The position numbers were made by a program, and so were the translations under genes. A DNA stretch of 64,000 bases, from contig CAZHDZ010000001.1 in the NCBI GenBank assembly GCA_964531275.1, positions 144,945 to 208,944 of the forward strand, in the 5' to 3' direction. Source of the stretch: an uncultured Gammaproteobacteria bacterium. GTDB taxonomy: Bacteria > Patescibacteriota > Microgenomatia > Levybacterales > GWA1-39-11. Below the pieces are notes generated by a model. The model saw only the letters and a program-made list of their open reading frames with translations. It ran no database searches and was not told where the DNA came from. Shown piece by piece: positions 59,177 to 64,000 of this stretch; the stretch's first letter is position 1; each line of letters opens with the position of its first letter.

Positions 59177-60258
59177 AGGTTGTAATTTTTGCGGGTGGTG
59201 TTGGGACACGTTTGTGGCCTTTATCTAGAAAAAGTGCTCCTAAACAGTTTGAGAAAATTGTAGGAGATCAGTCAATGCTTCAGATTGCAGTAGCGAAACT
59301 TTTTCCTGAGTTCTCTTGGAATGATATTTATATATCTACAGGGACGCATTATGAGTCAATCGTTAGGGAGCAGCTTCCACAGCTTCCTGCAGAGAATATT
59401 CTCATTGAACCTGAAATGCGTGACGTTGGTCCTGCAGTAGGTCTTGTTACAGCACTTTTTGCTAAAAGATTTCCAAATGAACCCTTTGCTATTCTTTGGG
59501 GAAGCGACCATCTTGTAAAAAACGAAGAAGAATTTAGGCGCGCACTTCGCTCTGCTGAGCAAATTGTTAATGAAAACCAAGAAACAATAGTTTTTGTGGG
59601 CCAGAAGCCACGCTTTGCAAATCAGAACTTAGGATATATTGAATTTGGAAAAGAAATTGGTACATATAATGATTTGCCCGTTTTTTCCTTTACTGGTTTT
59701 CAGTATCGTCCCCACTTATCAACGGCAGAGCGTTTTGTAAAAGATGGTCATCACGCATGGAATCTCGGTTATTTTGTTACTACTCCCCAATTTTTATGGA
59801 GCCTTTTTGAAAGATATGCAGGAGATCTACATGTTCAATTGAGACAAATTTATGATGCGTCAGACACTCCTCAATATCAAGAGGTTCTTATGAATATTTA
59901 CCCACAAATCGAGAAAATTTCTTTTGATAATGCAATATTAGAAAAGATGGATGTAAGCTATGGGCGAGTATTATCAGTTGATATAGGGTGGAGCGATATT
60001 GGTGCTTGGGAAGCGTTGAAAGAGGCGTTGAGTAATTCTCAAGAAGAAAATGTTACAAAAGGAAAGGTAATGGTTGAGGATTCTTCTGATAGCTTAGTCT
60101 TTAACTATACGAACCAACTCGTAGTTGGAATAGATCTACAAGGGTATCTTGTTATAAATACAGACGATGTTGTTCTTGTCTGTCCAAAGGATTCTGTTCC
60201 AAAAATAAAGAAGCTTGTAGAAAGTCTTTCAGGCACAGAACACGAATCCCTTACGTAG
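59173..60258 (+). CDS. manC: Mannose-1-phosphate guanylyltransferase (GDP-mannose pyrophosphorylase, no PMI domain)
   Basis: The sequence contains MKVVIFAGGVGTRLWPLSRKSAPKQF and ...GYIEFG.... It is 361 aa and nucleotidyltransferase-only. Confidence 0.8.
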   Translation: MKVVIFAGGVGTRLWPLSRKSAPKQFEKIVGDQSMLQIAVAKLFPEFSWNDIYISTGTHYESIVREQLPQLPAENILIEPEMRDVGPAVGLVTALFAKRFPNEPFAILWGSDHLVKNEEEFRRALRSAEQIVNENQETIVFVGQKPRFANQNLGYIEFGKEIGTYNDLPVFSFTGFQYRPHLSTAERFVKDGHHAWNLGYFVTTPQFLWSLFERYAGDLHVQLRQIYDASDTPQYQEVLMNIYPQIEKISFDNAILEKMDVSYGRVLSVDIGWSDIGAWEALKEALSNSQEENVTKGKVMVEDSSDSLVFNYTNQLVVGIDLQGYLVINTDDVVLVCPKDSVPKIKKLVESLSGTEHESLT

Positions 60259-60260
60259 CT

Positions 60261-60899
60261 ATGATGTATGATGTATCAAAACGCCTGCTTGATATTATCA
60301 TTTCGATAATTGCTCTCATTATTTTTTCCCCAATAATTTTACTTACTGCAATAGCAATTAAACTTAATACGAAAGGCCCGCTTTTAGCAGATACACCTCC
60401 TCGTGTAGGTGAGGGTGGTCATTCTTTTAGAATGTATAAATTCCGTTCAATGGTGGCAAATGCTCATGGAATGCTAACTTCTGACCCTAAGTTTAAAAGC
60501 CTTTTGGACGAATATAAGAAGGGTGGATACAAACTAAAGGGAGATCCACGCATAACCTCCGTTGGTAAATTTATTAGAAAGTATTCTCTTGATGAGATCC
60601 CTCAGTTTGTAAATGTTCTAAGGGGAGATATGAGTGTTGTGGGGCCACGCGCTTATTATCAAGATGAATTACGAGATCAGCAAAAAAAATATCCCCACAC
60701 AAGAGATGCTGTGAAAGTTGTGTTGTCTGTTAAGCCAGGAATTACCGGTGTGTGGCAGGTGTCTGGGAGAAGCGATATTAACTTTGATAAAAGAATTCAA
60801 CTCGATGCACATTATGCCAAAAAGAGATCTATTGTCTATGACGTCCTTTTGATTTTAAAAACCCCACAAGCAATGTTCTCTGGCAAAGGCGCAATGTGA
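60261..60899 (+). CDS. Polyprenyl-phosphate sugar phosphotransferase (small bacterial sugar transferase, PglC/WecP/WbaP-C-terminal type), the initiating enzyme
   Basis: It has a single N-terminal TM helix (LLDIIISIIALIIFSPIILL) and the conserved motifs YKFRSM and DEIPQFVNVLRGDMSVVGPR. Confidence 0.85.
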   Translation: MMYDVSKRLLDIIISIIALIIFSPIILLTAIAIKLNTKGPLLADTPPRVGEGGHSFRMYKFRSMVANAHGMLTSDPKFKSLLDEYKKGGYKLKGDPRITSVGKFIRKYSLDEIPQFVNVLRGDMSVVGPRAYYQDELRDQQKKYPHTRDAVKVVLSVKPGITGVWQVSGRSDINFDKRIQLDAHYAKKRSIVYDVLLILKTPQAMFSGKGAM

Positions 60900-60940
60900 G
60901 GCTAAATGCTGGTTTTTTTATGGCGACACGGTGCAATAAA

Positions 60941-60968
60941 TGACTTTAGTTGCCTGAAGGGGTATAAT
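60941..60968 (+). promoter_or_regulatory. Candidate sigma70-type promoter (-35 TGACTT, 16-nt spacer, -10 TATAAT) upstream of the DUF4012 gene
   Basis: It lies in the 154-bp intergenic gap. TGACTT is at 60941..60946 and TATAAT is at 60963..60968. Confidence 0.35.
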
Positions 60969-61053
60969 AGTTTGAATCAGTAGCGCTTCATAATAGTACC
61001 CTTGTATTGCAATCAACTTTCAAAATATGTTTAAATTAACTGTATTTTGATTA

Positions 61054-63018
61054 TTGGAAATGGCTATGGACGAAAAAGGATTTCAAAAAATTGATCTGAA
61101 TTCACGAGAAGATGCGGTAACACCTCAACCAATGGAGGATAGAGTTATGAGAAAAAAGAAAAAGTTTTCAATTAAAAATAAAAAAATCTTTATGGGGGCA
61201 GGTATTGTAGTTGCAGTACTAGTTCTTCTTGGTGCTTTCGTAGGGTTTAAGGCATTGGGAGTGTACAAGCAAGCCATGAAGACAAAAGCTCAAGCAAGCG
61301 TTGCTTTCGCTAAATTGAAGGAGCAAGACATTGCTGGAGGACGAGAAGAATTGGCAAAAACCAAAATCGAAGTTGAAAGTCTAAAGAAGGAGCTTCAGGG
61401 TATGGCCTTTCTTAAATTTGTGCCATTAGCCAGTGGTTACTTTAATGACGTAGATCACTTAGTCAAAGCTTCTACGTATGGTATTAATGCAGGTATTATT
61501 GGTGCAGATGCTTTAATTCCTTATGTTGACGTGCTTGGTCTAAAGGGTAAGGGTACATTTACGGGTGGCACAGCCCAAGACAGAATCAGAACCGCAGTTC
61601 AAACAATGGGTAAGGTTGTTCCACAGATAGATAGTATTGAGAAGGAATTGGTAAGTGCTCAAAAAGAAATCGACCAGGTTGACCCGGGACATTATCCTCC
61701 TATTGGAAAAGTAAAAAAGGTGCGTGAGCAGCTCCAGCAAGTAAAGGATATTACAAATGGCGCAGTAATTGCGGTCGGCCAGGGAAAACCACTTATCAAA
61801 TCATTGCCATCGCTTCTGGGTGAAAAAGAAGGAAAGAAGTACTTATTATTGTTCCAAAATGACGCTGAGTTGAGACCTACTGGAGGATTTTTGACTTACT
61901 ACGCAATTTTTAGGGTAGAAGAAGGAGATATAAAAGTAGATAGCTCATCCGATATCTACAATCTTGATAACAGCATCTCTGCTCATCCAGCTCCTTCATC
62001 AATCATTAAGCAATACTTCCCTAGTGTTAAGAGTGCTTTCATTAGGGACAGTAACCTTTCCCCTGATTTTGTTGTTGCGATGAAAGATTTTGAATCGCTT
62101 TATGAAAAGTCTTCGCTTAAAAATGACGTTGATGGCATTATTGCAATCAACACCCACTTTTTTGTTAATATCATAAAAATTTTAGGAGAGGTTGAGGCTT
62201 CAGGACTTAAATTCACTGCAGAAAATGAGCCAAAATGTAACTGTCCGTCAGTTGTATACACCCTTGAGAATGAAATTTCTCGTCCTGTTAACTATGTGAA
62301 GACTAATAGAAAAGGTCTTATTGGAGACTTGATGTTTGCAACTCTGGATAAGGCTCTTAAATCATCGCCAAAGCTTTATTGGGGACAACTTTTCCAGCAA
62401 TTTATTGTTGATGCAAATGAGAAGAATATTATGTTCCACTTATATGACAAAGAAGCACAAAAAGGAATTGAAGCATTGAATTGGGCAGGTAGGGTAAGTG
62501 ATTTTAATGGAGACTATATGTACATAAATGACGCTAACTTTGGAGGACAGAAATCAAACCTTTTCGTTGAAAAGACTTTGACGGTAGATTACACCGTAAG
62601 CAATGGTGAAATTAAGAAGAAGGTAACTATTGAATATAAGAACCCAATGCCATACTCTGACTGTAATTTAGAAAGAGGAGGGCTTTGCCTTAATGCAACA
62701 TTAAGGAATTATCAAAGAATGCTAGTTACCAAAGGAAGTGTTTTGGATAACTCGAAAGGATCACAGGTTAAGGTTGGCACATCAGAAGATCTTGGCAAAA
62801 CTGTATTTGATGCCTTTTTCACGGTTAACCCTCTTGGAAAAGCTTCTATGACTTATGAGTATACACTGCCATTTAAAACAACTGATAAGACTCTTCCTGT
62901 TTATATCCAAAAGCAGCCAGGTGTTGACAATATTCCTACAACGATAACGGTAAATGGCAAGAAAGTACAAACCTTCGACCTCAGAGCAGATAAGAAGCTC
63001 GACCTTTCCGGATTCTAA
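61054..63018 (+). CDS. DUF4012-domain protein (membrane-anchored, coiled-coil N-terminal region); polysaccharide-locus associated
   Basis: It has an N-terminal TM helix (IFMGAGIVVAVLVLLGAFVGF). The motif LLLFQNDAELRPTGGFLTYYAIFRVEEGDI resembles the DUF4012 NNAExRPTGG core. Confidence 0.55.
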   Translation: MEMAMDEKGFQKIDLNSREDAVTPQPMEDRVMRKKKKFSIKNKKIFMGAGIVVAVLVLLGAFVGFKALGVYKQAMKTKAQASVAFAKLKEQDIAGGREELAKTKIEVESLKKELQGMAFLKFVPLASGYFNDVDHLVKASTYGINAGIIGADALIPYVDVLGLKGKGTFTGGTAQDRIRTAVQTMGKVVPQIDSIEKELVSAQKEIDQVDPGHYPPIGKVKKVREQLQQVKDITNGAVIAVGQGKPLIKSLPSLLGEKEGKKYLLLFQNDAELRPTGGFLTYYAIFRVEEGDIKVDSSSDIYNLDNSISAHPAPSSIIKQYFPSVKSAFIRDSNLSPDFVVAMKDFESLYEKSSLKNDVDGIIAINTHFFVNIIKILGEVEASGLKFTAENEPKCNCPSVVYTLENEISRPVNYVKTNRKGLIGDLMFATLDKALKSSPKLYWGQLFQQFIVDANEKNIMFHLYDKEAQKGIEALNWAGRVSDFNGDYMYINDANFGGQKSNLFVEKTLTVDYTVSNGEIKKKVTIEYKNPMPYSDCNLERGGLCLNATLRNYQRMLVTKGSVLDNSKGSQVKVGTSEDLGKTVFDAFFTVNPLGKASMTYEYTLPFKTTDKTLPVYIQKQPGVDNIPTTITVNGKKVQTFDLRADKKLDLSGF

Positions 63019-63024
63019 TCTTGT

Positions 63025-63558
63025 ATGACATATCTTTCCGATATTGGCTTTGTAATAAGACGCGTTAACCTGGGCGAAGCTGATAGATTCGTTACTATTT
63101 TTACCCAAAACAATGGTAAGGTTGAAGTGCTTGCGAAAGGTGTAAGAAAGATTACAAGTAAAAGATCCTCTCACATTGAGCTTCTCAATCTGGTGCGTTT
63201 TCATTCAGTCAAAACTTCAAAAAACTTCATCCTTACAGAAGTTGAGCTAATGGATTCATATGAAGGAAGAAAAGCAGATTTAAAGCAATGCGAGATTGCA
63301 TTTTTTGTTTGCGAGTTGATAGACAACTTGTGCCCTCATGGGCAAGTTAGTTCGGAGCTCTTCTCCGTTGTTATTAGATTTTTAAAGCGCGGTGAGCATG
63401 ACGATGAGGCACTTTTGGAATTTGAGACACAGATTCTTTCAATTTTAGGGTACTGGAATGTTGAGAAGAAATTTAGCAACGAAGAAGAGTCACGGATTTT
63501 CATAGAATCTTTGATTGAGAAAAAGATGAAGTCACGGATAATTGGCAATTTCTCCTAA
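63025..63558 (+). CDS. recO: DNA repair protein RecO (compact form)
   Basis: The N-terminal OB-fold signature is MTYLSDIGFVIRRVNLGEADRFVTIFTQNNGKVEVLAKGVRK. It is only 177 aa. Confidence 0.65.
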   Translation: MTYLSDIGFVIRRVNLGEADRFVTIFTQNNGKVEVLAKGVRKITSKRSSHIELLNLVRFHSVKTSKNFILTEVELMDSYEGRKADLKQCEIAFFVCELIDNLCPHGQVSSELFSVVIRFLKRGEHDDEALLEFETQILSILGYWNVEKKFSNEEESRIFIESLIEKKMKSRIIGNFS

Positions 63559-63585
63559 GCAATATCTGTGATACAATAGCCTCAA

Positions 63586-64000
63586 ATGGAAAATAATTCC
63601 CTACAAAAAATTGTTGCCCTTGCAAAGCGTCGTGGATTTATCTACCCCGGATCTGAAATATATGGGGGAGTTGCAAACACATATGATTACGGTCCAGTTG
63701 GGGCTGAACTGATGCGTAACATTCGGACATTATGGTGGGAGACCTTTGTACATAGGAGACGAGATATAGTGGGGCTGGACGCCTCTCTTATTTCCCACCA
63801 GGAGGTTTGGAAGTCGTCTGGTCATACTGCTGGTTTTGCTGATGCTTTAATTGACTGCAGGAATTGTAAGCTTAGAATGCGCGCAGATCATCTGATTGAG
63901 GATTGGCTTGAGAAGAACGCAAAAGATTTTATAGAGAAACAGCCTTCGACAAATAAAATTGAAAAAGAAGAGCTTTCAAGCGCTTTATCTTCAGGTAAAG
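63586..64000 (+). CDS. glyQS: Glycine--tRNA ligase (dimeric GlyQS type), N-terminal part; the 3' end runs off the window
   Basis: Manual translation from the ATG at 63586 gives [55 protein letters not shown]...[26 protein letters not shown], which is the GlyRS class II N-terminal signature. This ORF is not in the supplied ORF track because it is open-ended. Confidence 0.85.
   Translation, partial: MENNSLQKIVALAKRRGFIYPGSEIYGGVANTYDYGPVGAELMRNIRTLWWETFVHRRRDIVGLDASLISHQEVWKSSGHTAGFADALIDCRNCKLRMRADHLIEDWLEKNAKDFIEKQPSTNKIEKEELSSALSSGK

Noticed and set aside
60900-60925. Possible intrinsic terminator after the sugar phosphotransferase gene (T-run GGTTTTTTTA at 60911..60920)
   Set aside because: A T-run is present, but no convincing GC-rich inverted repeat precedes it. 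It is noted only as a weak possibility.
1-64000. CRISPR arrays, tRNA/rRNA genes, transposases, integrases, phage genes, toxin-antitoxin or restriction-modification systems
   Set aside because: None was found. There are no direct repeats separated by spacers. No gap larger than about 150 bp could hold an RNA gene with recognisable tRNA features. No DDE, serine or tyrosine recombinase motifs were seen. The two methyltransferases lack DNA methyltransferase motifs (no DPPY/NPPY, no partner endonuclease), and their operon context with glycosyltransferases argues for sugar or lipid substrates.
1-64000. Frequent A7-A9 homopolymer runs inside genes as programmed-frameshift or slippery sites
   Set aside because: Lysine-rich AT-rich coding sequence produces these runs by chance. 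No ORF shows a frame break coinciding with a run.

Overview
The window is almost entirely coding (about 35% GC, AT-rich) and is one very large cell-envelope glycosylation / polysaccharide-biosynthesis locus. The gene content suggests a streamlined, uncultivated (CPR-like) bacterium: a compact RecO and a dimeric-type GlyRS lie at the 3' end. Roughly 50 genes are present. All but four are on the + strand, and most neighbours overlap by 4-23 nt (ATGA-type stop/start overlaps), so they form a few very long translationally coupled operons. Three kinds of glycosyltransferase dominate. About 17 are large polytopic membrane glycosyltransferases (GT-C-like): five YfhO-like paralogs share a C-terminal 'YYPGW...FRGV.P.G' beta-sandwich plus TM anchor and include an 1105-aa giant, and six are PMT/ArnT-like (GT39/GT83) proteins with the loop-1 'DE' and 'KPPL' motifs, five of them in tandem. 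About 9 are GT2 enzymes, including Dpm1/GtrB-like polyprenyl-phosphate sugar synthases. About 8 are GT4 enzymes. The remaining genes are sugar-nucleotide enzymes and envelope functions. These are GalE and a second SDR epimerase/dehydratase on the minus strand. A PLP-dependent DegT-family aminotransferase sits next to a WecD-like GNAT. A ColD/E1-type 3-dehydratase carries the diagnostic Lys-to-His active-site substitution (H188). There are two SAM methyltransferases and a hexapeptide O-acetyltransferase. Mannose-1-phosphate guanylyltransferase, an initiating polyprenyl-phosphate sugar phosphotransferase, a Wzx-like flippase, a Wzy_C (O-antigen ligase/polymerase)-like domain fused to a second GT-C module, and a DUF4012 protein complete the set. 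No rRNA, tRNA, CRISPR array, transposase or integrase was seen. Structural oddities are listed in the findings: a GT2-GT4 fusion, a tail-to-tail inverted paralog pair, a GT4 gene truncated to its N-terminal domain by an opposite-strand membrane-protein gene, and a perfect 10-bp hairpin upstream of one gene. Family assignments rest on motif recognition by eye, not on database searches.
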